Shown here: positions 1 through 9,275 of the stretch, piece by piece
Position numbering within the stretch: the stretch's first letter is position 1
Layout of the letters: every line of letters starts with the position of its first letter
Assembly: GCA_965205975.1 (NCBI GenBank)
Contig: OZ242195.1
Location: forward strand, 3,360,001-3,424,000
Length of the DNA stretch: 64,000 bases
Reading direction: 5' to 3'
Origin: Candidatus Latescibacterota bacterium
GTDB taxonomy: Bacteria > Latescibacterota > UBA2968
Notes under the pieces: generated by a model
Databases searched by the model: none
The model's input: only the letters and a program-made list of their open reading frames with translations
Told to the model about the DNA's origin: nothing
Position numbers and translations under genes: made by a program

Positions 1-282
1 TGCCCCTGAATGCGTATGTGTCGCATTCACCATCACGCACTCAGGAGATATCCCACACCGTTCTTGAATGCGCGCCTTCACGGCATTCGCAATCGCTTCT
101 GGTATCGCAATCAAATCGCAGGTCACCATCGCTATCCTGACATCTCCATTGTCGATCACCAGTGCCTTGGCCAGAAGCTCATCGTGAACATCCTCTCCGT
201 ATCGCGGCTGAAAACTTCCCGGCATCGTAACACCCAGCCAGGGTGTAATATTGGACGTAGCAGCCCCTGCTTGCAATTTCAT
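1..282 (-). CDS. Neutral/alkaline ceramidase N-terminal-like protein (5' part only; runs off the window)
   Basis: Not in the ORF track. My translation from ATG at 282, with GGAGGAG upstream, gives MKLQAGAATSNITPWLG...VHDELLAKALVID...VTCDLI...VNATHTHSGA. ITP, HDxLxAKALV and ATHTHSG are typical of this family. Confidence 0.75.
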   Translation of the reverse strand, partial: MKLQAGAATSNITPWLGVTMPGSFQPRYGEDVHDELLAKALVIDNGDVRIAMVTCDLIAIPEAIANAVKARIQERCGISPECVMVNATHTHSGA

Positions 283-395
283 AACGCTCCTCCCGTGTTA
301 GATTTCACATCTTTTCTGTATTATATACCTGATATTTTCGCAACAGTAAAAGAAAAATGAAAACAGGGCGTTTTGTCGAATGAAGCTCAATGCGG

Positions 396-424
396 TTGAC
401 AGTGGTTTCTGTAACGCTTATTCT
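396..424 (+). promoter_or_regulatory. Sigma70-type promoter for pdxA-like gene
   Basis: TTGACA (396-401), 17 bp spacer, TATTCT (419-424), then AGGAGG RBS at 434-439. Confidence 0.55.
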
Positions 425-447
425 TTTAAGAACAGGAGGTGGTTTTT

Positions 448-1473
448 GTGACCGAATTAACAAAACGCCCGGTGATTGGCGTAACCGTGGGCGACCCGGC
501 GGGAATTGGACCAGAGATCGTGATCAAGGCACTGTGTGAGCCAGCACTTTACAACAAAGTAAAACCCCTGGTCTTTGCCGACCGATCGGTTTTGGAACAA
601 ACGGTAAAGATGCTGTGTGTGGATATGGATCTGCACGCCGTAAACGATCCGCGCAAAGGGCATTATGAAGTCGGGTGTATCGACTTTATCGACGTTGGGA
701 TTTTGTCTGAACCAATTGCCTATGGCCAGATCTCTGCCGAAGGTGGTCGGGCGGGATATCAATATCTGGACCGGGCAATTGACGCGGCTCTATCAGGTAC
801 CGTAGCTGGCCTATCCACAGCACCACTGAACAAAGAATCGTTACAGGCTGCAAAGCTCCCCTATATCGACCACACCGCGGTCCTCAATGCGCGAGCGGCG
901 TTGCGAGTGCCGATGACGCTATTTTTGGTAAAAAATTTGAAAATCTTCTTCCTCACCCGACACATTTCCTTTCGGGAAATTCCAGATGCCATTACAAAAG
1001 CGGGAATTCTGGAAGCATTGCCCCTGTGCGATCTGTATCTGCGGCAACTGGGAACTAAAACACCAACCATCGCTGTGGCCGGCTTAAACCCACACGGAGG
1101 AGAACAGGGTCTGTTCGGACGAGAGGAAATCGAGGTCATCGGCCCCGCTGTAAAAGAGGCGCAAAAACATGGATGGCGGGTGCAAGGACCAATACCAGCG
1201 GACTCGGTATTTCATCTGGCACTGGAAGGGCGTTACGATGGGGTATTGTCGCTCTACCACGACCAGGGGCATATAGCATCCAAAACACTGGACTTCCACG
1301 GAACAGTAAGCCTGACAATGGGTCTAAAGTTTCTGCGCACATCAGTAGATCATGGAACGGCCTTTGACATTGCCGGACAGGGAATAGCGTCAGAACGGGG
1401 CATGGTAGAAGCAATTCGCGCGGCCGGACAATACGCAGTGCCGGTACGCGAGCGAGTGGAAATGAGTTTATAA
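448..1473 (+). CDS. pdxA: 4-hydroxythreonine-4-phosphate dehydrogenase PdxA family (possibly PdxA2 type)
   Basis: Motifs GDPAGIGPEI, TAPLNKE, GLNPHGGE, YHDQGHI, RTSVDHGTAFDIAG. GTG at 448 fits the RBS spacing better than 439. Confidence 0.9.
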   Translation: MTELTKRPVIGVTVGDPAGIGPEIVIKALCEPALYNKVKPLVFADRSVLEQTVKMLCVDMDLHAVNDPRKGHYEVGCIDFIDVGILSEPIAYGQISAEGGRAGYQYLDRAIDAALSGTVAGLSTAPLNKESLQAAKLPYIDHTAVLNARAALRVPMTLFLVKNLKIFFLTRHISFREIPDAITKAGILEALPLCDLYLRQLGTKTPTIAVAGLNPHGGEQGLFGREEIEVIGPAVKEAQKHGWRVQGPIPADSVFHLALEGRYDGVLSLYHDQGHIASKTLDFHGTVSLTMGLKFLRTSVDHGTAFDIAGQGIASERGMVEAIRAAGQYAVPVRERVEMSL

Positions 1474-1474
1474 G

Positions 1475-1933
1475 ATGCCGTCAAACTACACCATTTCAAA
1501 AGAACTGAAGCGAGTGGCGGATTACCGTGAGATATGTGGTGAGGATCCAGCAGATTATCTCAATGCCGCCTGGATGGTCCAGTCGTTTTCACGCGGCAGG
1601 CTGGACGAGTTGTACCCGGTTGAAGGCAGGGAGCTACTGGAACGCACAAACGAATTTAGCGACGAGGTGATAGACACAATTGTCGAAATCATTGAAGGCA
1701 AAGAAGTCCGCACGCTGCAGGAGCGGCAGGGCGTTCCTTTGACCGTGATGGAATTGGTCGAGATTCGGGGAATCGGTGGCAAAATGGCCAGGCGCCTTTT
1801 TAGCGAGCTGGGCGTGGTTGATTTGCGGAGCTTGCGGGCTGTCATCAAAGACGGACAAATCAGCCAGGTAAAAGGGTTCAGGACAAAAACCATCGAGAAA
1901 ATCACCGCTTTTCTGGACGAAAAAGGGGTGTAG
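1475..1933 (+). CDS. Stand-alone helix-hairpin-helix protein resembling the PolX N-terminal region
   Basis: HhH motifs EIRGIGGKMARRL and QVKGFRTKT. Aligns by eye with residues ~1-160 of the PolX at 46375-48084. No polymerase or PHP domain. Confidence 0.7.
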   Translation: MPSNYTISKELKRVADYREICGEDPADYLNAAWMVQSFSRGRLDELYPVEGRELLERTNEFSDEVIDTIVEIIEGKEVRTLQERQGVPLTVMELVEIRGIGGKMARRLFSELGVVDLRSLRAVIKDGQISQVKGFRTKTIEKITAFLDEKGV

Positions 1934-1944
1934 ATTTATTTGTC

Positions 1945-1984
1945 TTGAGATATATACTTTGTTATATATAATGAGTTACATAAC
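1945..1984 (+). promoter_or_regulatory. Putative promoter with overlapping ModE-like operator
   Basis: TTGAGA-16-TATAAT (1945-1972). TATAT-N7-TACAT (1965-1981) lies within the imperfect palindrome GTTATATA-N8-TACATAAC, upstream of a molybdoenzyme gene. Confidence 0.35.
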
Positions 1985-2017
1985 TTAAAACTCACCTCTC
2001 CTTACAAGGACCGCGCT

Positions 2018-4324
2018 ATGGCGATGAAAAAAGAAGACTATTTGGGAATTGAAAATTACAAAGTAGTGGGCACGCGACCAATAAGGCATGATGGAACCGA
2101 TAAAGTGACGGGTCGCGCGGTGTATGGACCAGACTTTCACTTGACCGGATCGCTATACGGCAAAACACTGCGAAGCCCTCATGGGCATGCGTGGATCAAA
2201 TCCATCGACACCAGCAAAGCCGAAGCACTGCCCGGGGTAAAAGCCATAGTACTGGGAAAAGACCTCGTTCAAAATTACGAAGACAAAGTCTCCGATCTCG
2301 GTGAAGGATCCGTCGATCTGCGATTTTTAATCGCCAATGTACTCGCCGGAGACAAAGTCCTCTACGACGGACACGCCGTAGCAGCCATAGCAGCCACCTC
2401 TGCACACATCGCGGAAGAGGCATTAAACCTGATCGATGTAGAATACGAAATACTCGAACCCGTGCTCGAAGTCCGCCGCGCAATGGAAGACGACGCACCG
2501 CTATTGCACGACGACCTTAAAATGAAATCCCTCGGCGAAGAAACGGACCGGGCGAGCAACATCGCAAACCACTTCCAGCACAAACAGGGAGATATAGAAA
2601 AGGGATTTGAAGAAGCCGACGTAGTCATAGAGCGAGAATTTGCGACCGGAACAGTACACCAGGGATACATCGAACCACACAACGTAACCGCGCACTGGAG
2701 CGAAAACGGAAAGCTCACAATATGGTGCAGCACGCAGGGCCCATTTGAAGTCCGCGGCCAGGTCGCCGACGTACTCGGCCTCGAAGTGGGTGACATACGC
2801 GTCATCCCACAGGAAATTGGAGGCGGATTTGGCGGAAAATTCCGCGTCTATGAAGAACCGACCGCCGCCCTGCTGGCGCAAAAAACCGGAAAACCCGTAA
2901 AAATGGTCATGTCCCGCACAGAAGTATTAAAAGCCACCGGTCCAACGCCAGCATCCTACATCAAAGTCAAAATGGGCGCGACGCGGGACGGCAGGCTAAC
3001 GGCGGCACAAGCCTACATGGCATACGAAGCCGGAGCCTATCCCGGCTCTGCCGTAGGCGCTGGTGCGGGATGTATTTTCTCGCCCTACAGCATCCCGAAC
3101 TCCCTCATTGACGGCTACGATGTCGTCGTAAACAAACCCCAATCTTCCGCTTACCGCGCACCCGGCGCGACCAACGCGGCATTTGCATCTGAAACAGTAA
3201 TAGACGAAATATGCGAACAGATCGGAATCGACCCGCTCGAATTTCGATTAAAAAACGCGTCCAAAGAAGGCACGCGACGGGCAGATGGACCAGTCTTCTT
3301 GCGCATCGGTCAGGAAGAAGTCGTCAAAGCGGCCATGGCGCATCCACACTACCGCGCCCCCCTTGAAGGACCGAATCGGGGACGCGGCGTCGCCGCTGGA
3401 TTCTGGTTCAACGGCGGAGGCACATCAACAGTAGTCGCCAGTGTGAACCCGGACGGCACAGTAGCACTCGTCGAAGGCTCGCCCGATATTGGAGGCACGC
3501 GCACCTCAGTCGCCATACAATTTGCCGAAGTCCTGAATCTTCCCATCGAAGACATCAAACCAAATGTCACGGACACCGACGCAATCGGACAAACCGATGG
3601 AACGGGCGGAAGCCGCGTGACATTCGCAACCGGCTGGGCGAGCTATGAAGCCGCTCAAGATGTCAAGCACCAGATGATAGAACGAGCGGCGACATTATGG
3701 GAAATATCAAAAGACGACATCGTCTTTGAAGACGGAACCTTCCGCTCCAAATCAGACGCATCCAAATCCATCACATTCAAAGAACTCGCCGGCAGAGTCA
3801 ATCGCGCGGGTGGTCCGGTCGTAGGACGCGCTGCCGTAAGCGGCAAGCAGGCCGGCCCGGCATTCGCCCTCTTAATCGTAGATGTCGAAGTAGATCCAGA
3901 CACGGGCAAAGTGGATATCTTGCGGGCGACCATTGTACAGGACGCGGGCAAAGCCATTTATCCCGGCTATGTAGAAGGGCAGATGCAGGGCGGCGTGGTA
4001 CAGGGAATCGGATGGGCATTGAACGAGGAATTCGTGTACAATGACCAGGGCGTAATGGTCAACGCCTCTTTCCTCGATTATCGGATGCCCACAACACTCG
4101 ACCTCCCCATGATAGAAACCGTCATCGTAGAAGTCCCCAACCCAGGGCATCCTTATGGCGTGCGCGGCGTGGGCGAAGTGCCCATTGTCCCGCCGCCAGC
4201 CGCAGTCGCCAATGCGATTTACCGCGCTGTTGGCATACGGCTAAACGAGTTACCCATGTCGCCATCGCGAGTCCTGAAAGCACTGTGGGAAGCGGATGGC
4301 AGCCATGGTCAGGCAGCGGATTAA
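2018..4324 (+). CDS. Xanthine dehydrogenase/aldehyde oxidase family molybdopterin-binding (large) subunit
   Basis: Motifs KVTGRAVY, LRSPHGHA, GGGFGGK, AYRAPG, GQMQGGVVQGIG, GVRGVGE (catalytic Glu). Confidence 0.92.
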   Translation: MAMKKEDYLGIENYKVVGTRPIRHDGTDKVTGRAVYGPDFHLTGSLYGKTLRSPHGHAWIKSIDTSKAEALPGVKAIVLGKDLVQNYEDKVSDLGEGSVDLRFLIANVLAGDKVLYDGHAVAAIAATSAHIAEEALNLIDVEYEILEPVLEVRRAMEDDAPLLHDDLKMKSLGEETDRASNIANHFQHKQGDIEKGFEEADVVIEREFATGTVHQGYIEPHNVTAHWSENGKLTIWCSTQGPFEVRGQVADVLGLEVGDIRVIPQEIGGGFGGKFRVYEEPTAALLAQKTGKPVKMVMSRTEVLKATGPTPASYIKVKMGATRDGRLTAAQAYMAYEAGAYPGSAVGAGAGCIFSPYSIPNSLIDGYDVVVNKPQSSAYRAPGATNAAFASETVIDEICEQIGIDPLEFRLKNASKEGTRRADGPVFLRIGQEEVVKAAMAHPHYRAPLEGPNRGRGVAAGFWFNGGGTSTVVASVNPDGTVALVEGSPDIGGTRTSVAIQFAEVLNLPIEDIKPNVTDTDAIGQTDGTGGSRVTFATGWASYEAAQDVKHQMIERAATLWEISKDDIVFEDGTFRSKSDASKSITFKELAGRVNRAGGPVVGRAAVSGKQAGPAFALLIVDVEVDPDTGKVDILRATIVQDAGKAIYPGYVEGQMQGGVVQGIGWALNEEFVYNDQGVMVNASFLDYRMPTTLDLPMIETVIVEVPNPGHPYGVRGVGEVPIVPPPAAVANAIYRAVGIRLNELPMSPSRVLKALWEADGSHGQAAD

Positions 4325-4341
4325 TCAGATAGGAAAACACA

Positions 4342-4716
4342 ATGGACTGGTTCTCTCAATACGGTTTTCTCGGTGCCCTGCTCCTCTCGGGCATCGTTCT
4401 CGGTGCAATTCCCGTCGTCCTGCCCCTGATCATATCCCCTCGCACGCGCGGCCGCAAAAGCCGCGAGACCTACGAATGCGGCATGGACACAATTGGCAGT
4501 GCCTGGGTGCGCTTCGACATCGCCTATTATCTCTTTGCACTCATCTTTGTCGCGTTTGAAGTCGATGTACTGTATATTCTTCCCATCGCCGTAATCTACG
4601 ATTCGGGCACCTACGTCTGGCGCGACTTCATCGAACTCACAATCTTCATCGGCATTCTTTTTCTCGCCATCATCTACGCCTGGAGCAAAGGCGTTTTGCA
4701 CTGGAGAAGTCGATAA
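4342..4716 (+). CDS. nuoA: NADH-quinone oxidoreductase subunit A
   Basis: 3 TM segments; YECG loop; [20 protein letters not shown]. Confidence 0.93.
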   Translation: MDWFSQYGFLGALLLSGIVLGAIPVVLPLIISPRTRGRKSRETYECGMDTIGSAWVRFDIAYYLFALIFVAFEVDVLYILPIAVIYDSGTYVWRDFIELTIFIGILFLAIIYAWSKGVLHWRSR

Positions 4717-5249
4717 TGGCACAAATAGAACTCCCCCTCGTGAAAAGCGATCCCAAAGACATTGAAGAACTGCGCGAAGAGGTCGGTCCCCTGGTACACA
4801 TGGACCTGCTGGAAAACCTGCTCAATCACGCCCGGTCTCGATCCCTGTGGCCCCTCACATTCGGCCTGGCGTGTTGCGCTATCGAAATGATGGCTGCAGG
4901 TGCAGCGCGCTTTGACCTCGACCGCATTGGCGCAGGCGTCTTTCGCCCCAGCGCGAGACAAGCCGATGTCATGATTCTCGCAGGCACAATCTCCCGCAAA
5001 ATGGCGACACCCATCAAAACGCTCTGGGACCAGATGCCCTCGCCAAAATGGGCCATAGCCATGGGTGGCTGCACCATCGATGGCGGTCCCTTCAAATATC
5101 CCGGACAATATGCCATTGTCGAAGGCGCAGACAAAATTGTACCCGTTGATGTGTACGTACCGGGTTGCCCCCCGCGCCCCGAAGCGCTCTTTGCCGCACT
5201 GTTCAAACTCGAAGAAAAAATCCGAGCCGGAAAGAAATTCAAGAAATGA
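4716..5249 (+). CDS. nuoB: NADH-quinone oxidoreductase subunit B
   Basis: [36 protein letters not shown] (N2 cluster ligands). Confidence 0.95.
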   Translation: MAQIELPLVKSDPKDIEELREEVGPLVHMDLLENLLNHARSRSLWPLTFGLACCAIEMMAAGAARFDLDRIGAGVFRPSARQADVMILAGTISRKMATPIKTLWDQMPSPKWAIAMGGCTIDGGPFKYPGQYAIVEGADKIVPVDVYVPGCPPRPEALFAALFKLEEKIRAGKKFKK

Positions 5250-5704
5250 TCGCCGACAAACTCTCTTCGCTCGTGCTCGACGCAACCGAGGTTCAATACG
5301 ACGCACATGGCTTTCATGTACAACACACCACTTCAGCCGACACGCTCCCTCAGATTGCAGATGTCTTCCTATCCGAAAATTTTCACCTCGAAATGATAAC
5401 CTGTCAGGACCGACGCGAAAACGACAACACTTTTCGTCTGATTTACCAGTTTAACCAATACGGCACGCCCCAACGGCATATCATCCACGCCGACATAGCC
5501 CCCGATGCAGCCGCACCCAGTATTGCCACAATCTTTCCCGCTGCCGACTGGTACGAACGCGAAATTTTCGACATGTATGGCGTCACCTTTGACGGACATC
5601 CCGACTTAAAACGCATCTTAATGGAAGAAGATTATTTTGGTCATCCCCTGCTCAAAGACTTCGTCGATCCCCCCAATCCCTATCGCAGTGAGGACGACGC
5701 GTAA
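5246..5704 (+). CDS. nuoC: NADH-quinone oxidoreductase subunit C
   Basis: [26 protein letters not shown]...[11 protein letters not shown] at 5246 overlaps the nuoB stop (ATGA). Confidence 0.92.
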   Translation: MIADKLSSLVLDATEVQYDAHGFHVQHTTSADTLPQIADVFLSENFHLEMITCQDRRENDNTFRLIYQFNQYGTPQRHIIHADIAPDAAAPSIATIFPAADWYEREIFDMYGVTFDGHPDLKRILMEEDYFGHPLLKDFVDPPNPYRSEDDA

Positions 5705-5710
5705 GGCTTT

Positions 5711-5730
5711 ATCCGCAGATGGACGCAGAT
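5711..5730. repeat. CATCTGCGNN decamer repeat (reverse orientation)
   Basis: ATCCGCAGATGGACGCAGAT is the reverse complement of ATCTGCGTCCATCTGCGGAT. Related copies at 19666-19683, 33334-33354, 44367-44387 and 49279-49309. Confidence 0.7.
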
Positions 5731-5773
5731 AAAATCAAAGTATTCGCAAATACACGCGGATGAAAGGTGCTTA

Positions 5774-6904
5774 ATGAACAGCCGATATGAGGTCGAACAA
5801 GATCCGAAAAGTCGAGACACCTATTATCTCAATATGGGGCCTCAGCACCCCTCTACACACGGCGTCATGCGCATCAAACTGCACCTGGATGGCGAACGGA
5901 TAATTTCAGCAGAACCCATCATTGGGTATGGGCATCGTGCACACGAAAAAATGGCCGAAAACCGCGACTACATCCAGTTCTTGCCCAATCCCAGTCGCGT
6001 AGATTACCTCGGCGGCATGATCTACAACATAGGCTATTGTCAAGCCGTAGAACGCGCGATGGACATCGAGGTCCCAGAACGCGCCGAATACATCCGCATC
6101 ATCTGCAATGAACTCAACCGCATCTCCAGCCACCTGCTCTGGCTGGGCACCTTTTTGATGGACCTGGGCGCATTTACCCCATTTCTCTACGCCTTTGACG
6201 ACCGCGAAAAAATCCTCGACATCCTCGACCGCATCACCGGGTCGCGCCTCACCTATTGTTACGCGCGATTTGGCGGCGTAATTCTCGACATCGACGATGT
6301 ATTCCTCGATAATGTCTCCAACTTTTGCACCTACTTTGTAGAGCGATTAAAAGAATACGAAAAACTCGTCATCGGCAACGTCATCTTCCGCGAACGCACC
6401 ATTGGCGTGGGTATCTTCGCACCCGACCTCGCTCAAAAATACGCCATAACAGGTCCCTGTCTGCGCGCCATGGGCCATGAACACGATGTCCGAAGAGACG
6501 AACCCTATGGCATCTACGACCGCTTTGAATTTGACGTACCCACACAAACAGAAGGCGACTGCTTTGCCCGCACACTCGTTCGCGTGGAAGAAATGCGCCA
6601 GAGCATTCGCATCATCGAACAAGCCGTAAGCGACCTGCCCGATGGTCTCTTTATCGCAGCCCGGGTGCCCAGACGCATCCGCCCGCCCGAAGGCGACTAT
6701 TATTTCTGTGTTGAATCGCCCCGAGGCAACTTCGGCATGTACATCGCAAGTGACGGCAGCGACATCCCCTTTCGCCTCAAATTGCGAACCCCATCGTTTT
6801 CACACATCTCGACCATGCCCGCCGTCATGGCCGGCACCATGCTCGCCGATGCTGTAGCTATTTTAGGCAGCATCGACATCGTCGTTCCCGAAATAGACAG
6901 ATAA
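5774..6904 (+). CDS. nuoD: NADH-quinone oxidoreductase subunit D
   Basis: LNMGPQHPSTHGVMR, RVDYL, ELNRISSHL, ESPRG, C-terminal DIVVPEIDR. No NiFe CxxC pairs. Confidence 0.95.
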   Translation: MNSRYEVEQDPKSRDTYYLNMGPQHPSTHGVMRIKLHLDGERIISAEPIIGYGHRAHEKMAENRDYIQFLPNPSRVDYLGGMIYNIGYCQAVERAMDIEVPERAEYIRIICNELNRISSHLLWLGTFLMDLGAFTPFLYAFDDREKILDILDRITGSRLTYCYARFGGVILDIDDVFLDNVSNFCTYFVERLKEYEKLVIGNVIFRERTIGVGIFAPDLAQKYAITGPCLRAMGHEHDVRRDEPYGIYDRFEFDVPTQTEGDCFARTLVRVEEMRQSIRIIEQAVSDLPDGLFIAARVPRRIRPPEGDYYFCVESPRGNFGMYIASDGSDIPFRLKLRTPSFSHISTMPAVMAGTMLADAVAILGSIDIVVPEIDR

Positions 6905-6913
6905 CGCACAACT

Positions 6914-7888
6914 ATGAAAACAGACGTCATCCAACTCTTTGAAAACCCCTATCTCGCACTCGGTGTGACCATCGCCGTCATCATGGCCTATTTGAGCGTC
7001 AACGCCATCATGTTGATCTGGCTCGAACGCAAACTCAGCGCGCGCATACAGCGCCGCATTGGCCCGCAACGCGGACCCTTTGGCTTGATGCAGCAAATTT
7101 TTGACATGGGCAAATTGCTCAGCAAAGAACTCCTCACACCCGAACACGCCAACAAACTGCTCTATGTCATCGCGCCCATCCTGGTCTTTGCGCCCGTCGT
7201 CGCCCTCTCGTCTCTCTTTCCCATAACGAGCACCTACATATTCCACGACTTCAACATCGCCATTGTCCTGATCCTCGCCATCAGCGGCATCAACGTAATC
7301 GGCATATTCTTAGCTGGCTGGGGATCCAATAACAAATACGCCCTGCTCGGCGCAGTGCGCTCGGTCGCGCAAAATATCTCCTACGAAATCCCCCTCATCC
7401 TATCGGTCATCCCCATAGTCATGATAACCCGCACCATGTCGCTCTACGACATCACCCTTGCACAGGAAACCTATCCCTTTATACTGGTGCAACCCATTGC
7501 CCTGATTATCTTTATCATATCAGCCACAGCCGAAACCAACCGCGCGCCCTTCGACATCCCCGAAGCGGAGTCCGAACTCGTCGCCGGATTCCACACCGAA
7601 TATTCCGGCATGCGCTTCGGACTGTTCTTCTTTGCCGAATACTCCAACATGATCTTTGCCTGCGCACTGGCAACCGTGCTCTTCCTGGGAGGATGGCGTG
7701 GACCTTTCCTGCCAGACGCCGTATGGTTCTTCATCAAAGTCTATGCACTCATCGTCCTCATGATGTGGTTCCGCTGGACTTTTCCGCGGCTTCGTTTTGA
7801 CCAACTCATGAAATTCGCCTGGGTGGTACTCGTCCCTCTCTCGCTGATCAACCTGCTAATCACAACACTGGTCTTGAAAATCGTTTAG
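6914..7888 (+). CDS. nuoH: NADH-quinone oxidoreductase subunit H
   Basis: ERKLSARIQRRIGP, SNNKYALLGA, AETNRAPFDIPEAESELVAGFHTEYSG, PRLRFDQLM. Confidence 0.95.
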   Translation: MKTDVIQLFENPYLALGVTIAVIMAYLSVNAIMLIWLERKLSARIQRRIGPQRGPFGLMQQIFDMGKLLSKELLTPEHANKLLYVIAPILVFAPVVALSSLFPITSTYIFHDFNIAIVLILAISGINVIGIFLAGWGSNNKYALLGAVRSVAQNISYEIPLILSVIPIVMITRTMSLYDITLAQETYPFILVQPIALIIFIISATAETNRAPFDIPEAESELVAGFHTEYSGMRFGLFFFAEYSNMIFACALATVLFLGGWRGPFLPDAVWFFIKVYALIVLMMWFRWTFPRLRFDQLMKFAWVVLVPLSLINLLITTLVLKIV

Positions 7889-7907
7889 AACTTTCAAGGA
7901 AAATCCC

Positions 7908-8447
7908 ATGGCACTCCTCAAAGAAATCCTCGACGGCACCAAAACGCTCCTGACCGGCCTGAAAGTCACACTGGACAACTTCCGCAAACCGCCTGTCACC
8001 TCGCAATATCCAATGGAAAAAATCGAGATGTCGGAAGCGTTTCGCAATGTCATTGTCCTCATCGAAAAAGAAGACATCGGCTCGCACGACTGCATCGACT
8101 GCAAACTCTGTGAGCGCGTGTGTCCCTCCTTCTGCATTTACCTCGACGGGGAACGCCCCGAAGGGTTAAGGCGCAAACGCTCGACCAAATTTGAAGTTGA
8201 TTTCGCCCTGTGCAGCGACTGCGGACTGTGCTTAGACGTATGCCCCACAAACACCCTGGGATACAGCAAAGTCCACGACGAAGCCGGATACAATCGCAGC
8301 GACTTTCTCTACGACTTACTCGAACCCTGGGCAGACAAAGAAGAAGCCGCGCGCGAACGCCTGAAAGAAATCGAAGCCGAACAAGCCGCAGAACGCGCCA
8401 GAAAAGCCGCAGCCAAAAAAGCGAAAAAGGTAAGACGGGAGAAGTAA
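7908..8447 (+). CDS. nuoI: NADH-quinone oxidoreductase subunit I (2x[4Fe-4S])
   Basis: VTSQYP, CIDCKLCERVCP, CSDCGLCLDVCP; Lys/Ala-rich C-terminal extension. Confidence 0.92.
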   Translation: MALLKEILDGTKTLLTGLKVTLDNFRKPPVTSQYPMEKIEMSEAFRNVIVLIEKEDIGSHDCIDCKLCERVCPSFCIYLDGERPEGLRRKRSTKFEVDFALCSDCGLCLDVCPTNTLGYSKVHDEAGYNRSDFLYDLLEPWADKEEAARERLKEIEAEQAAERARKAAAKKAKKVRREK

Positions 8448-8460
8448 ACGGAGAACAACA

Positions 8461-8973
8461 ATGCTCGAACAGGCTGTCATTTACACATTTGTAGCCCTCG
8501 TCCTCATCGGTGGGGGCCTGGCTGCATTCTCTCGCCAGATACTCTACGCCATCATCGGCCTGGGTATCAGTCTCCTGGGGCTGGCGGGGCTATTTCTCAA
8601 CCTCGGCAGTCCATTTGTCGCGGCAATGCAGGTACTCATCTATATTGGCGGCATAACCGTTGCCATTGTATTTGCCATGATGCTCTCGATTGCCATGTCT
8701 ATACGCCCGCCCGATCCCGACGCCCGAAAACTCGGCTTTGCCATCGCCTGTGCCGTTATCTTTTTTGGCGCAGTCGCCCATTTGATCCGCGGCGCGCAAT
8801 TCCAACAAATCGCGTCCCCAGCATCTGAAAAAGCCTGGTCTGTGGGCGCGTTGGGCCATGCATTGCTCACGCATTACAATCTCGTCTTTGAAACCCTCTC
8901 TCTCGTTTTGCTCCTGGCCATCATCGGTGCCATCTTGATAGCTCGCAAGGCTTTGCCAAAGGAAAATTCGTGA
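8461..8973 (+). CDS. nuoJ: NADH-quinone oxidoreductase subunit J
   Basis: FVAAMQVLIYIGGI, FETLSLVLLLAIIGAI; operon position. Confidence 0.92.
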   Translation: MLEQAVIYTFVALVLIGGGLAAFSRQILYAIIGLGISLLGLAGLFLNLGSPFVAAMQVLIYIGGITVAIVFAMMLSIAMSIRPPDPDARKLGFAIACAVIFFGAVAHLIRGAQFQQIASPASEKAWSVGALGHALLTHYNLVFETLSLVLLLAIIGAILIARKALPKENS

Positions 8974-9275
8974 CCCTCGATTCTTATCTCCTCGTGGGCG
9001 CTGCCCTGTTTTCACTCGGTTTGATCGGCGCACTATCCCACCGCAACCTCATAGCCCTGCTCATCGGCATCGAACTCATGATGAATGCCGCCAGCTTAAA
9101 CCTGATGGCCTTTAACCGGTTTGTCGTCACCGATCCGACGACCGGCCAGATCTTCGTCCTCATCATCATTGGGCTGGCAGCCGCCGAAGTCGCTATCTTT
9201 TTATCAATCATCCTGCGCATCTATCGGGCATACCACGATATTGATGCGGAAAAACTCACCAAACTGAGCGGTTGA
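8970..9275 (+). CDS. nuoK: NADH-quinone oxidoreductase subunit K
   Basis: GIELMMNAA, GQIFVLII, LAAAEVAI. Confidence 0.93.
   Translation: MTLDSYLLVGAALFSLGLIGALSHRNLIALLIGIELMMNAASLNLMAFNRFVVTDPTTGQIFVLIIIGLAAAEVAIFLSIILRIYRAYHDIDAEKLTKLSG

Noticed and set aside
10..360. 116-aa + strand ORF
   Set aside because: It overlaps the - strand ceramidase-like gene, which has an RBS and family motifs.
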